This document shows positions 37,487 to 47,166 of a DNA stretch of 64,000 bases, piece after piece. The stretch is from a virus. Taxonomy: Duplodnaviria; Caudoviricetes. Position 1 is the first letter of the stretch; each line of letters begins with the position of its first letter. The translations under genes were made by a program, and so were the position numbers. The stretch covers positions 1 to 64,000 of the IMG/VR virus record IMGVR_UViG_3300005614_001084. The stretch is one strand, 5' to 3'. The notes under the pieces were generated by a model, which was given only the letters and a program-made list of their open reading frames with translations, did no database searches and was not told where the DNA came from.

Positions 37487-40400
37487 GGGGGGATGACTCC
37501 TGCGCCCTTGATCACTGCGGTGACGCTATAGGTGCCCGCAGGAAGATTCATATCATAGGTGGGCGAGAAGGTGGACCCCGGAGACCCGAGGGTGCCCGAA
37601 ACGTCGGTAACCAAGGTGTCCATGAAGAAGATCGAGTCGTACGTGATGACTCCGCCGGGCCAGTCGATGGTCAGGACGAACGTGATGATGTCGAGCGGGC
37701 AGTCGACGATACTGTCGTAGTGCGTGATGCCGTCGTCGAACAACGACCAGATCGTACCATCGCCCCGATAGTCGTCGTACATGAACGTTCGGCCGGATCC
37801 GCACAGGCTGTCGAACTCGTTCATGACGAGCGTCATCCCCAGGTCGTCTTCGATGTCGATGTCCTCGTTGAGTTGCTTCAGGCCCACCAGCAGATGATGC
37901 GTGTAGGTCGGCTTCACGCGCGTGATGAAGCTGAAGAGCAGGCTGAGGTTCGACAGCGAAACCAGGTCGAGGTCGAAGCGCACCAAGAAGGTGTGGAACT
38001 TCTCGATCTCGGTCATCAGCCCCGAACGAACGTACGGGATGTACCACTTCGGGTCGTTGTACATGTCGATGAGGTCGACACCCGCGCCCAGCGGAGCGAA
38101 CTGCGGAACGTGGTCGCCCACCTGCCACGGCCGAGCCGGAGTGATGGAAGGATCGACGTTGTCGGCGAGGCCACTGATCGCACTGAGGTCGAGCGGATCC
38201 TTCTTGTAGTAGTAGGTCCGCACGATCTCCGACTGCACGTTCGGGATGCCCGAGTCGTCACGAATCAACATGCGGCCCTGGGACGGCGAGTAGTCATCAC
38301 GGATCTCTTCGACCGTACCGGCGGCTTCCGCGAACGGCTGACCGAACAAGATCTGGGCGCCAACCTTCGTAGCGAAGACCGTCGGACCCTTCTGTTGCGC
38401 GTACATCAGGCCAGCAACGCCGCTGACGTAGTTGAAGTCTGGCGGCAGTAGCGACGCGTCGTCACGCATGAAGCCAACGAGACGACCGAACAGGTCCTCC
38501 ACGTTTCCGTCGTTCGAGAACACGGTCAGCTCCGCCCACAGGATGTCCGGCGGCTCCAGGTCGGGATCGATGAACACGGAATCCCGAAACTGAAGCTGAG
38601 GAATCGGCGCGGAATCGATGTCGCGGTAGAACGGCTCCAAGATGTAGTCGACGTTCTCCGACCAGATCGTGCGGGCGGCGTCGATCTTTGCTCCGGTCTC
38701 ATCGTACTGGTGAAGCGGGATGATGTCCTGAAGCCGAGGAATGCTGATCGTATCGGCGTAGATGGGCAGCGCCTTGCGCCGCTTCACGCCCAGCAGGCGG
38801 ATTTCGTACCGCGAGACATCGGTAAACGCGCCGAAGAACCCTGTCAGGTTTGCGGCGAGCTTCGTGCCCTTTTGAGCCACGACGAGACCCAGGACGTCGG
38901 AGGTCGAACTATTTCTCGTATCGAAGACCTCGGCCTTGACGAGATCGCCCGGGTACGCGCCTTCGATCTCGTAATCGACGGTGCTGGATACGATCGAAGG
39001 AATCGCCCAGGTTGCCGAGACGTCCGCGGGAAGCAGGTCGAGCAACAGCAGACGCTGTCCGTCGAGGGGGTCGTCGACACCCGAAAGTACACGATCGATG
39101 ACGTACGATTGACCATTGTTCGTGACGAGTAGGTCGCCGCGGGTGACGCCCTGTTCGAGGAAGGAGATCCCGTCACCGGCGTAGTAGCTGCGGTCTGTGA
39201 CCAGTGCACCGTTCGAGCCCTCCAAGTAGTTGTAGGAGCCACTGAAGCCGAGAAGCGCGGCAGCCGAGCCTCCGCTGATCCGGAAGCCTCGCTGGCCACG
39301 AAGACCCAGACGAACGATGCGGTAGACGAAGAACGAAACGTTTGAAAGATCGTCCGGCAGGGCCTCGTCCGTGATCGTGAGGGTGCCTCCGGGGTTGTTC
39401 ACAGTATTGATCGTAAACCGCTCACCGTTCAGCACGAGGGTGGTCCCGGCCCCTGCCCACGTGGGCAACGAGTTCGGCGGGAAGCTCAGCGTAGCCGTGA
39501 CACCATCCCCATCTCCATCGTCCGTGGTCGATCCTCCGGAGATCTGAAGACGATAGACGGGATCGTCCTTCCGCGTCGCGTATCCGAAGGCCGAGATGTG
39601 CAGCGACGACAGTGCCGCGTTCAGGTCGGTGATGATCTGCGCCAGGGTGTTGCCGGTGAGAGTCACGACGACGGTCGAGATGCTGGTGGGCGCGACGCCG
39701 TCGAAATACTCGACGTCGAGCGTGAGCCCGGTGACCGGCGGGTTGCCTGTCTCGAAGGCATAGCTCGCCGGCACGATGCCGTATCGGGGACTGATCGACA
39801 CCGCATCCGGCTGTGTCTCGGTGATCAGAGTGCGGTAGGCCACCCACTTCCTCTGAAAGGTCTTCTGCGCATCACGGATGCTGTAGTTGTAGTGATGCTG
39901 CCACACCTCCAGCAGACGGCCGGAGAGCACCTGGGCGATACCGCGCCACGCCTCTTCGAAGACTTCTTTGCCCTGAACGAGCCCCCATTCGTCCCCGAGA
40001 GCCTTCCAGATCGGAGAGACGTCGGGCTCCACGCCGAACGGCGCACGCGCCCCCACGATGTTCGCCAGGACCTCGCTGGGCTCGGAGTCCGACACACCGT
40101 CATTCACGACCAGGAAGACGCGAAAGATGCCCTGCACGTCCGCCAGCATGTACGGCGTCTCGGTATCGGCACCGACGATCACTGACTGATCGATGACACG
40201 GAAGGGCGTCGACACAAGATCGTCCGGGATGGTCTCTTCCTCGGTGGTCAGCACGCCCCCGGCATTGTTGACCGTTGCGATCGGATGAAACGTCGAGCCG
40301 ACGCGCAAGATGTCCCCGGGAGCCACCCACGCCGGCAGTGAGTTCGCAGTGAAGCTCAGCGTGTTCGTGAACCCGTCGGCATCACCATCATCGACGGTAG

Positions 40401-41220
40401 AGCCCGAGCTGTTCTCGGCCGCGTACTGCGAACCGAAGGGCGCATCGATGGCGGTCCAGGCATAGGTCAGCGGGGCGCCCTCGACGTCGAAGCTGCTGCG
40501 TCCATCGAAGCGAACCGCCGAACCCACCGGAGCCACCCGATCTGGGCCGGCATTGGCCGTAGGCGGGAAGTTCGGGATGACGAGCGTGCTGGATAGCCGA
40601 AGAGCCTCGATCTGCACCTGCGACGGCTCGTCCACGAGCCCCTTCACGAAGACGCGAAAGAGATCGGTCACGCTTGGGGGCGTCTCCTCGACCGGAAGGA
40701 TGTACCGGATCTCGGGAGTGACCCCGGTGCCGTTTCCGATGAAGACGTACGCACGGCCCAGGCCGGAGTCGACGGCGATGCGAATGGTACGGAACTCGGT
40801 CGCGATCTCCTCGGTCGTGTCGGTGGTATCCGGCAACGCCGTGACGCTTCCGAAGTCATCTACTCGGCTCACCGCGACGCCGGTCTTGGCGAAGTAGATC
40901 GAGATGCCACGGCCACCGTCATCAGCGACGGTAAGGCCGGCCCGGCGGTCTGCGAGGTCACCCAGGTTGTGGGGCATCTCGGGGAACTTCGCCGTGATCT
41001 CGATGGTGAACTGCGACGAGATGGCGACGTGGAAGTCCAGCATCGCAAGCGCCCCGTCATTCGAGCGCGCGGTCAGGATCGTCAGATTGTCGTTGTACGC
41101 GAAGTACGGCGAGACTGCCGGAGTGATGGTCAGATCGCTGGGCCCAAGCGAGAGCAAGCTGCCCATGGTGGGGCCGCTGAAGTCCGCGATGTTCCAGGTC
41201 GGCGAAGTGGGGAGCGCCAT
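37483..41220 (-). CDS. Large baseplate/tail protein with a PKD-like Ig domain
   Basis: NFPPTANAGPDR..FDGRSSFDVEGAPLTYAW..LVVNDG; C-terminal FITRVKPTYT, gpI-like. Confidence 0.65.
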   Translation of the reverse strand: MALPTSPTWNIADFSGPTMGSLLSLGPSDLTITPAVSPYFAYNDNLTILTARSNDGALAMLDFHVAISSQFTIEITAKFPEMPHNLGDLADRRAGLTVADDGGRGISIYFAKTGVAVSRVDDFGSVTALPDTTDTTEEIATEFRTIRIAVDSGLGRAYVFIGNGTGVTPEIRYILPVEETPPSVTDLFRVFVKGLVDEPSQVQIEALRLSSTLVIPNFPPTANAGPDRVAPVGSAVRFDGRSSFDVEGAPLTYAWTAIDAPFGSQYAAENSSGSTVDDGDADGFTNTLSFTANSLPAWVAPGDILRVGSTFHPIATVNNAGGVLTTEEETIPDDLVSTPFRVIDQSVIVGADTETPYMLADVQGIFRVFLVVNDGVSDSEPSEVLANIVGARAPFGVEPDVSPIWKALGDEWGLVQGKEVFEEAWRGIAQVLSGRLLEVWQHHYNYSIRDAQKTFQRKWVAYRTLITETQPDAVSISPRYGIVPASYAFETGNPPVTGLTLDVEYFDGVAPTSISTVVVTLTGNTLAQIITDLNAALSSLHISAFGYATRKDDPVYRLQISGGSTTDDGDGDGVTATLSFPPNSLPTWAGAGTTLVLNGERFTINTVNNPGGTLTITDEALPDDLSNVSFFVYRIVRLGLRGQRGFRISGGSAAALLGFSGSYNYLEGSNGALVTDRSYYAGDGISFLEQGVTRGDLLVTNNGQSYVIDRVLSGVDDPLDGQRLLLLDLLPADVSATWAIPSIVSSTVDYEIEGAYPGDLVKAEVFDTRNSSTSDVLGLVVAQKGTKLAANLTGFFGAFTDVSRYEIRLLGVKRRKALPIYADTISIPRLQDIIPLHQYDETGAKIDAARTIWSENVDYILEPFYRDIDSAPIPQLQFRDSVFIDPDLEPPDILWAELTVFSNDGNVEDLFGRLVGFMRDDASLLPPDFNYVSGVAGLMYAQQKGPTVFATKVGAQILFGQPFAEAAGTVEEIRDDYSPSQGRMLIRDDSGIPNVQSEIVRTYYYKKDPLDLSAISGLADNVDPSITPARPWQVGDHVPQFAPLGAGVDLIDMYNDPKWYIPYVRSGLMTEIEKFHTFLVRFDLDLVSLSNLSLLFSFITRVKPTYTHHLLVGLKQLNEDIDIEDDLGMTLVMNEFDSLCGSGRTFMYDDYRGDGTIWSLFDDGITHYDSIVDCPLDIITFVLTIDWPGGVITYDSIFFMDTLVTDVSGTLGSPGSTFSPTYDMNLPAGTYSVTAVIKGAGVIPP

Positions 41221-41232
41221 CGGCGTGATAGG

Positions 41233-41781
41233 TTACTTGTGCTGGACGAGGTACTCAAGCGCACGTTTCACGCGCACTGGATCGTCGCAGAACTTGCCCA
41301 GTCCCAGGTTGCACTCCTGACAGAGGAGCCCTCGCACCTTCTTGGTCTCGTGGTCGTGATCTATCGCTGGTGCCTTCTTCAAGTCAGCAAACGGAGTCTT
41401 ACAAATCTCGCATTTCCCTTTGGCCCTCACTTGGAGAACCAGAAGATCTTCTTCTCGCAAACCACGGCGGCGCAGAACCTTGGTTCGAGCATATTTGATC
41501 TGCGTTTTCGCTTCACATGATCTACAGCAGAAGGCCAGCCCATCCGGCCTTCCTCGGCGCGTAGAGAAGTCCCGCGCAGGTTTGGTCTCCTTGCACCGCG
41601 GACATCTCTTTGTTGATGGAGGTACGATCGACGGCCGGCTCGCCCAACGTCTGCGAGTTTCTCTCATGACAATGCGCTGACAGCCCTTACATCGCGACGA
41701 AAGTCCCGCGCCCTTACTGCGATCCGCATAGAACTCGGAGGCCTTCTTACGGCGACGACACCTGGAACACTGCTTGAGCAT
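41233..41781 (-). CDS. Endonuclease VII-family nuclease with N-terminal Zn fingers (probable homing endonuclease)
   Basis: CEIC...DHDHETKKVRGLLCQECNLGLG; repeated CxxC..K...F motifs. Confidence 0.85.
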   Translation of the reverse strand: MLKQCSRCRRRKKASEFYADRSKGAGLSSRCKGCQRIVMRETRRRWASRPSIVPPSTKRCPRCKETKPARDFSTRRGRPDGLAFCCRSCEAKTQIKYARTKVLRRRGLREEDLLVLQVRAKGKCEICKTPFADLKKAPAIDHDHETKKVRGLLCQECNLGLGKFCDDPVRVKRALEYLVQHK

Positions 41782-41786
41782 CGTGC

Positions 41787-41793
41787 TAGGTTA
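41787..41793. promoter_or_regulatory. Overlapping divergent -10 boxes for two leaderless genes
   Basis: TAGGTT (+) is 6 nt before ATG 41799; TAACCT (-) is 6 nt before ATG 41781. Confidence 0.6.
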
Positions 41794-41798
41794 CCCGT

Positions 41799-42116
41799 AT
41801 GCCCAAGTTCAAGCCACTCCCGCCCGGGGCCGCGCAGCGGATGATCCAAGGAGTCCAAGACGAACTGACGCCGCTGGCCGAGGAAAGAATGGCGCGCATC
41901 AAGGCGATGAGCTGCCCGCGCTGCCACACCTCGATGGCGCCGCGCCTGCACTCGAAGCCGTTCAGCGAGCATGATCCGTTGCCCCGCACCCTGGCCGCGT
42001 GCCAGGAGTGCGGAGCAGAGATCGATCCGGTGTCCGGTATCGTCATCAACACCGGAGACCCGCGGAAGGTGCCGGACCCCGAGATGTTCGTGAAGCGACA
42101 CGACGATGACGACTAG
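41799..42116 (+). CDS. Small Zn-ribbon protein
   Basis: CPRC...CQEC. Confidence 0.7.
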   Translation: MPKFKPLPPGAAQRMIQGVQDELTPLAEERMARIKAMSCPRCHTSMAPRLHSKPFSEHDPLPRTLAACQECGAEIDPVSGIVINTGDPRKVPDPEMFVKRHDDDD

Positions 42117-45100
42117 CGGATACCGCCGGTCGAGATCCGCTTGAGGGTGATGGCGTCCGGGATGTAGCGCTGCGTACGCACCGTCTGCACGTAGTCCTTG
42201 ACGATCTGAGCGCTGATGCTTCGATCTACGTCGTGGTGCACCACGACGAAGAACGGAGCGGTTCGTCCGTTCGGAACCGAAGCGTCGGGGGTGAACACCG
42301 ACGTCGCGCCGTTCTTGCGCAGCACATCGGTCAGATCAGACACTTCGAGCTGCGTGTTGGGCTCCACCGCATCGAGGGTGCTGTTCATCGCCGACTTCAT
42401 TTCCGACTCTGCCGCGCCGCCCGCGTAGCTCCACACCATCGAAACGTAGTGCGGCATGAGATGGCGCACCAAGATCTCTTCGCACAACACACGCTGGAAC
42501 TGCGAATCGGAGAAGCTCTGCACGTCGTCGGTGAGCTGACTTCGATCATACGTCACCTGCAAGTTCTGCTGACTGAGCTGAACGGCCTGCGACGGATCGT
42601 CCGGGCTGCCGACGAGGATGATGCTCCGACTGAGCTGTGCGTTCAGGACCTCGGCTCGGCTGAAGGTGAGGATGTTGTTCTCCACCATCAGTCGGTAGCC
42701 GTCGGAGCGAACGCCTGTGACGCGAAGCGAGTCCCCCGCGCTGATGTTGTAGATGTCTCCGGGGCCCATCGAGAGCATCTGCACGTCGAAGAAGTAGAGA
42801 CCGGAGGACTCCAGGTTCTGGTTCATCTCGGTCGGAGAGATCCGCTGGACGTAGCGCCGGATGCGATACGACGTATTCGCCTGAGTGACCGAGAACTGAC
42901 GATTCGTCATCGAGCTGAGCGTGAGCGCCGTCTCCGTCACCGTGACGATGATGTACGTCCCTTTGTCCGGGTGATCGCTGTTGAACGACGTCAGTCCGGC
43001 GAAGAACAACGGGTTGGAGCCGTGCGTGATGGCGGTCGAGCTGGGATCCAGCTCGATGCGACGGCTCGACTGAAGCTTGAGAGCACCGCTTCCGTCGAGT
43101 GACGCGACATCCTCGCCCACCTGCGCGTTGATGAAGTCGACCACGTTCTGACGCGGCATCGGGAACGGAAAGCTGATCGTGATGAACGGGTCTGTGTCGA
43201 GACGGAGGCGAAGCGTGTTGTTCAGCCCGGTGAACGCGATGTTGCCCGAGGGCGGAAGCGGAGAGGTGCCGATGATCGGGACGTACAAGACGTCCAGAAG
43301 ATCACCGCGCTGGATGTTGTACAGCAGGAAGTTCGCCGAAGGATCGGTGAGAAGACTCGGACCCGCCGTCGTCGTACCTGTGTTCGGAAGAGCGGTGGTC
43401 GGCGGAGGTGGACGCACCACACGCGTGTTCTCTGGATCGGGCCGGAAAGTCAGCTCTGCGGTCGTAGTGGAGTCGACGAACCGCGTCGTGCGGTAGTCGA
43501 ACTCCGCGCTCGTCGGCGCGAGGAAGTAGACCCTCGTCGAACCCACGGCCGGCTTTCCGATCCTCACCAGGACATTCACGTCCGGGTTGAACACCGTGCT
43601 GTTGTAGAGCTGCGCGGTACCGCTCGTGTCCTCAGGTCCCATCGGGCCGCTTCCACAGATCGCCGTATCGAAGAAGGCCGACGAGACGAACGGCCCAGCG
43701 ATCACCCGAGACTGGATGCCAGCGCTCGTGCCTTCGATGACCTCCACGAGATCGCCAGCCAGCACGTTGGAGTCGGTGAAGCTTTCGTTCACGCTTCGGA
43801 TGATCGCGTTCGAGTACCCTGGCAGCCAGGTGGAAAGACCAAGGGCGGAACCGCTGACGAACCGGACGTGAAGCGTCGACACGATGCCGACGTACTCCTT
43901 CCCGAGCTTCGTGATGACGCGGGCCTTGATGCCCATCAGATCCAGCGTGGGATCGGCATTCAGATCAGCCGCCACCTGCGCCGCGGTCTTGTTGAAGGGC
44001 GACACGCTGAAAGTGAAAGTCGCCGCGTTCAAGACTCCGAGCCAGATCGTATCCGGGTTGTAGGCCTCCCAGTGGATCGTGAGCCCGCCGACCGGGAAGC
44101 CCGTCACGCCGGTCGGAGTGCCGAAGCTGACGAGTCCCACGACCGCGATGTCCTCGAACGCGAAACCGGAGCCCTCGTTCTGGAACGAGTTGCTGAGCGC
44201 AAGGACGGGATCGCGGTACGGGATCGTGGTGCCGCTCGGGGCGCCCGTGCTGTCCAGCAGTTCCAGAGAGCTGACGCGAACCACCGGCGTCTGCACGGCC
44301 TCGGACCTACGGAAGATCCGATACGCCGCCACCGTGAGAGTGCGCGTAGGAGCAGCGGTGAGCTTCAGGCTGACCGCGCTGACCTCGTCGACCGTGAACT
44401 CTCCGCCGAACTCCCCGAAGATCTCCAGGATGTCTCCGTGCTGGATGTTTGCGTCGATGAAGTTCGTCGCACTCGCCGTGGTCACGACGACGTTGCCTGC
44501 CGCGGTTACGAGGTCATCGCCCTCGACCTTGATGTCCTTCGGGTCGGTCAGTTCGACGTCGATCTCATCGACCACGCGCCACGCCAACGAGCCCTGGGTG
44601 CCCGTCATCGTTGTATCGAGGCGCACCGTGACGTGGATGTTCGGAGACACGCCGGTGACTGACGTGATCTCCAAGATGCGGTAACTGCCGACGTCGACAC
44701 CTTCTTCGAGCACGAGGCTGTACGTCGGCTGTACATCCTCCGCGACGGCGACATCGTTGAGAATGACGAGATCGGTCGCCTGGGTCTGAGCGTTCTGTCC
44801 CTTGGACGACGGGTTCTGGTCGGTAAGGCTTTCGATCTGCGCCGTAGAGACGTCGGTCTCCCCTGCGATGTAGATGTCGGTCTTCCCGCCGATGTGAACT
44901 TCATCCTTTCGGATCTCCAGCGTCCCGTCGGCAGTATCGGGGAGGGTGATGCCACCCGGGATGTTCGAGATCGTGAGCCGGCGTTCGCGAAGCGCCCAGA
45001 CGACGGCGGTGGCCGGCGTGGTCACGGGCATCTCCAGATCGATCCTGATCTCCGTAGCGCTGATGACCTCCAGAACCTGCACGTCCTTGACGACGAGGGT

Positions 45101-46150
45101 GTTCGCGAGCCCTTCGCGGTAAGTCACCGTGACGAACCATCCCTCGGGTTCAGTGGAGGCGGCCCCGAGACGGGAGATGAAGCTGCCGGTCGGTGCGCTG
45201 AGGATCGGAGTGGTCAAGTCTCCGTCCAGATCGTCCTCGGCGGTACCGTCTCCGAAGAGATTGCCGTCGGTGTCGGGGTCCGGGATCGGGCCGAGGCTTC
45301 CGCCCTTGATGACATCGCGCGACATCTCAGGATCGCGGAACCCGATCGAAAAGAGGGTCTTGATGTCGGGGAACGCCTCGGTCAGCGTGGTGGTGATACC
45401 TCGCTCGATCGTGAGGGTCTTGTCGCTGAGACTGGAGTCGGCTCTGGCGGCGGCATCGAGGCTGTCCTCGCGCGTGACGCCACCGCGGAACCGCCGCGCG
45501 TTTTTGACGCGCGTAGCCGTGGGCAGGTTGGCGACCGACGTGATCGTCGCCGGATCGATGTTGTACTGGTCTCCGCGCTGCTCCGCCGTGTAGTTGACGT
45601 CGAAGTAGAACTCCGATCCCTCGCGGTTCAGCAGCATCTCGTCGGACGTGATCGCCTGGGGACGAGACGGCATGAAGCGGAGACCGCTCCGCGTCGTGGC
45701 GGGATTCGTCTGCGTCACGCTGAGCGTCTGCGGGGTCGAGAAGTAGATGCGAACGACGCCCACGGCGTATCCGCCGCTGAGGCGAGAGAAGAAGAAGTTG
45801 CCCAGCAGCGAGTCGACTTCATCGTCGGCGAGGCTGCTGATGTTCCGCAAAGAGCTGCGGAGCTTCACCAACTTGATCTCTCGAACGAGCGGCTCCACGA
45901 GCACGCGCATCGGGTCGATGACGGTGTCGGTCAGCTCGTCGGCCTCGGTGATGGCGAGGTTGGGGAAGGCCTGCCGTACGCGCTCGACGACGAACGTCGA
46001 GATATCATCGTCGAACGGATCGAGGCCGATGCGCTGAAGAATCGGCTGCACCAGCTCCTGATCCGCCCTCGATCCATCGCTCAGATCGATGGTCGGGTCG
46101 TACCGGGTGATGGCGTCCTGGAGAAAGACTTTCGTGTCGTTGTTCGACAT
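42113..46150 (-). CDS. Baseplate J-like wedge protein with large insertions
   Basis: AVGVVRIYFSTPQ, TRSGLRF, TAEQRGDQYNI, VKN..RFRGGVTRE match baseplate-J N-terminal patterns. Confidence 0.7.
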   Translation of the reverse strand: MSNNDTKVFLQDAITRYDPTIDLSDGSRADQELVQPILQRIGLDPFDDDISTFVVERVRQAFPNLAITEADELTDTVIDPMRVLVEPLVREIKLVKLRSSLRNISSLADDEVDSLLGNFFFSRLSGGYAVGVVRIYFSTPQTLSVTQTNPATTRSGLRFMPSRPQAITSDEMLLNREGSEFYFDVNYTAEQRGDQYNIDPATITSVANLPTATRVKNARRFRGGVTREDSLDAAARADSSLSDKTLTIERGITTTLTEAFPDIKTLFSIGFRDPEMSRDVIKGGSLGPIPDPDTDGNLFGDGTAEDDLDGDLTTPILSAPTGSFISRLGAASTEPEGWFVTVTYREGLANTLVVKDVQVLEVISATEIRIDLEMPVTTPATAVVWALRERRLTISNIPGGITLPDTADGTLEIRKDEVHIGGKTDIYIAGETDVSTAQIESLTDQNPSSKGQNAQTQATDLVILNDVAVAEDVQPTYSLVLEEGVDVGSYRILEITSVTGVSPNIHVTVRLDTTMTGTQGSLAWRVVDEIDVELTDPKDIKVEGDDLVTAAGNVVVTTASATNFIDANIQHGDILEIFGEFGGEFTVDEVSAVSLKLTAAPTRTLTVAAYRIFRRSEAVQTPVVRVSSLELLDSTGAPSGTTIPYRDPVLALSNSFQNEGSGFAFEDIAVVGLVSFGTPTGVTGFPVGGLTIHWEAYNPDTIWLGVLNAATFTFSVSPFNKTAAQVAADLNADPTLDLMGIKARVITKLGKEYVGIVSTLHVRFVSGSALGLSTWLPGYSNAIIRSVNESFTDSNVLAGDLVEVIEGTSAGIQSRVIAGPFVSSAFFDTAICGSGPMGPEDTSGTAQLYNSTVFNPDVNVLVRIGKPAVGSTRVYFLAPTSAEFDYRTTRFVDSTTTAELTFRPDPENTRVVRPPPPTTALPNTGTTTAGPSLLTDPSANFLLYNIQRGDLLDVLYVPIIGTSPLPPSGNIAFTGLNNTLRLRLDTDPFITISFPFPMPRQNVVDFINAQVGEDVASLDGSGALKLQSSRRIELDPSSTAITHGSNPLFFAGLTSFNSDHPDKGTYIIVTVTETALTLSSMTNRQFSVTQANTSYRIRRYVQRISPTEMNQNLESSGLYFFDVQMLSMGPGDIYNISAGDSLRVTGVRSDGYRLMVENNILTFSRAEVLNAQLSRSIILVGSPDDPSQAVQLSQQNLQVTYDRSQLTDDVQSFSDSQFQRVLCEEILVRHLMPHYVSMVWSYAGGAAESEMKSAMNSTLDAVEPNTQLEVSDLTDVLRKNGATSVFTPDASVPNGRTAPFFVVVHHDVDRSISAQIVKDYVQTVRTQRYIPDAITLKRISTGGIR

Positions 46151-46162
46151 GGTCGGATCCTA

Positions 46163-46804
46163 CTACGTCTGGAGCGTCGCTGCGCCGCGACGTCCGGTGT
46201 GGTTGGTGAGCACGATGGTGACGAAGGCCGAAGTCTGGGACGGATCGACGGTGAGATTCTGGATCTCCGCTGAGAGCAGACGCTCCGATGGCGGGATGTT
46301 GCGGTCCGACGTCTGAACGTTGATCAGATAGGCTCGGGCCGTGCTTACTGCGATGGCGATGTCGGCCGCGGTTTTGTCGGTGGCGTTCGAGCCCACCCGC
46401 TTCAACATCCCTCCCCCGCTCCGTGGGTGAAACCGGTTCGAGCCGGGCGTCCGCAGCAGGATGCGCAGAAAGGTCTGCATCAGACGCAAGATCCCGCTCA
46501 CCGACTTCGGCCGCGTACCGAAGGTGAACTCCACGAGGCTGCGCTCGGTCAGCGTGAGCCCACCAGACAGCACCGCAACGTCCGAGATGATGGCGTCCTG
46601 GATCGCTTCTGGCACCTGCGCGATCAGTTGGGTCGGGCTGTAGGTGACGAACTCGGGGGAGGCAAAGCCGTTCATCAGCACCTGTTCGATGCTACTGAAG
46701 TCCTGCCCGTCCACGATCAGACTGCGCGGCTTTACGCCGGGAGCGTTGCGGAAAGCGTTCACCTTCATCACGTCGAGAAGGCGAACGATCTGAATCCCAT
46801 CCAT
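46163..46804 (-). CDS. gp25/gpW-like baseplate wedge protein
   Basis: LMQTFLRILLRTPGSNRFHPRSGGG; adjacent to the J-like gene. Confidence 0.65.
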   Translation of the reverse strand: MDGIQIVRLLDVMKVNAFRNAPGVKPRSLIVDGQDFSSIEQVLMNGFASPEFVTYSPTQLIAQVPEAIQDAIISDVAVLSGGLTLTERSLVEFTFGTRPKSVSGILRLMQTFLRILLRTPGSNRFHPRSGGGMLKRVGSNATDKTAADIAIAVSTARAYLINVQTSDRNIPPSERLLSAEIQNLTVDPSQTSAFVTIVLTNHTGRRGAATLQT

Positions 46805-46806
46805 GG

Positions 46807-47154
46807 TCAGCCCTCGTCCTCGGTATCGGGCGCCGTGTTGGCGTCATTGTCGGGATCGTGAGGACGGAACTCGTCAGGCGAAGTTGCCTTCATCGCGGCG
46901 ATGTTGTCGTCCAGGTCCTGCTTGATCTTCGCGATACGGGCCAGCCGAGCCGGGTTCACCGGATCCACGTTCCCGGAACTGCTGCTGCCCTCCAAACGAT
47001 CGAGCTGCTGATCGATCAGCTCTTCGAGCCCGATGCTCGCATAGGTGTCGCGCACCTCTTGCGAGCGCAGCTCACCTACGGCATTGGCGATGATGCGGCG
47101 GAACTCACGCTGCTGCTCGCGCGTCGTGCTGGTAGTGGTAGGTCCGTCGGCCAC
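46807..47154 (-). CDS. Hypothetical protein
   Basis: 115 aa; TAGTCT 6 nt upstream of GTG. Confidence 0.65.
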   Translation of the reverse strand: MADGPTTTSTTREQQREFRRIIANAVGELRSQEVRDTYASIGLEELIDQQLDRLEGSSSSGNVDPVNPARLARIAKIKQDLDDNIAAMKATSPDEFRPHDPDNDANTAPDTEDEG

Positions 47155-47166
47155 GGCCCTAGACTA

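Noticed and set aside
41221-41232. Additional CTATCAG-type promoter before the 41220 gene
   Set aside because: Reads CCTATCACG, lacks the AGC and an SD; ambiguous between the two promoter classes
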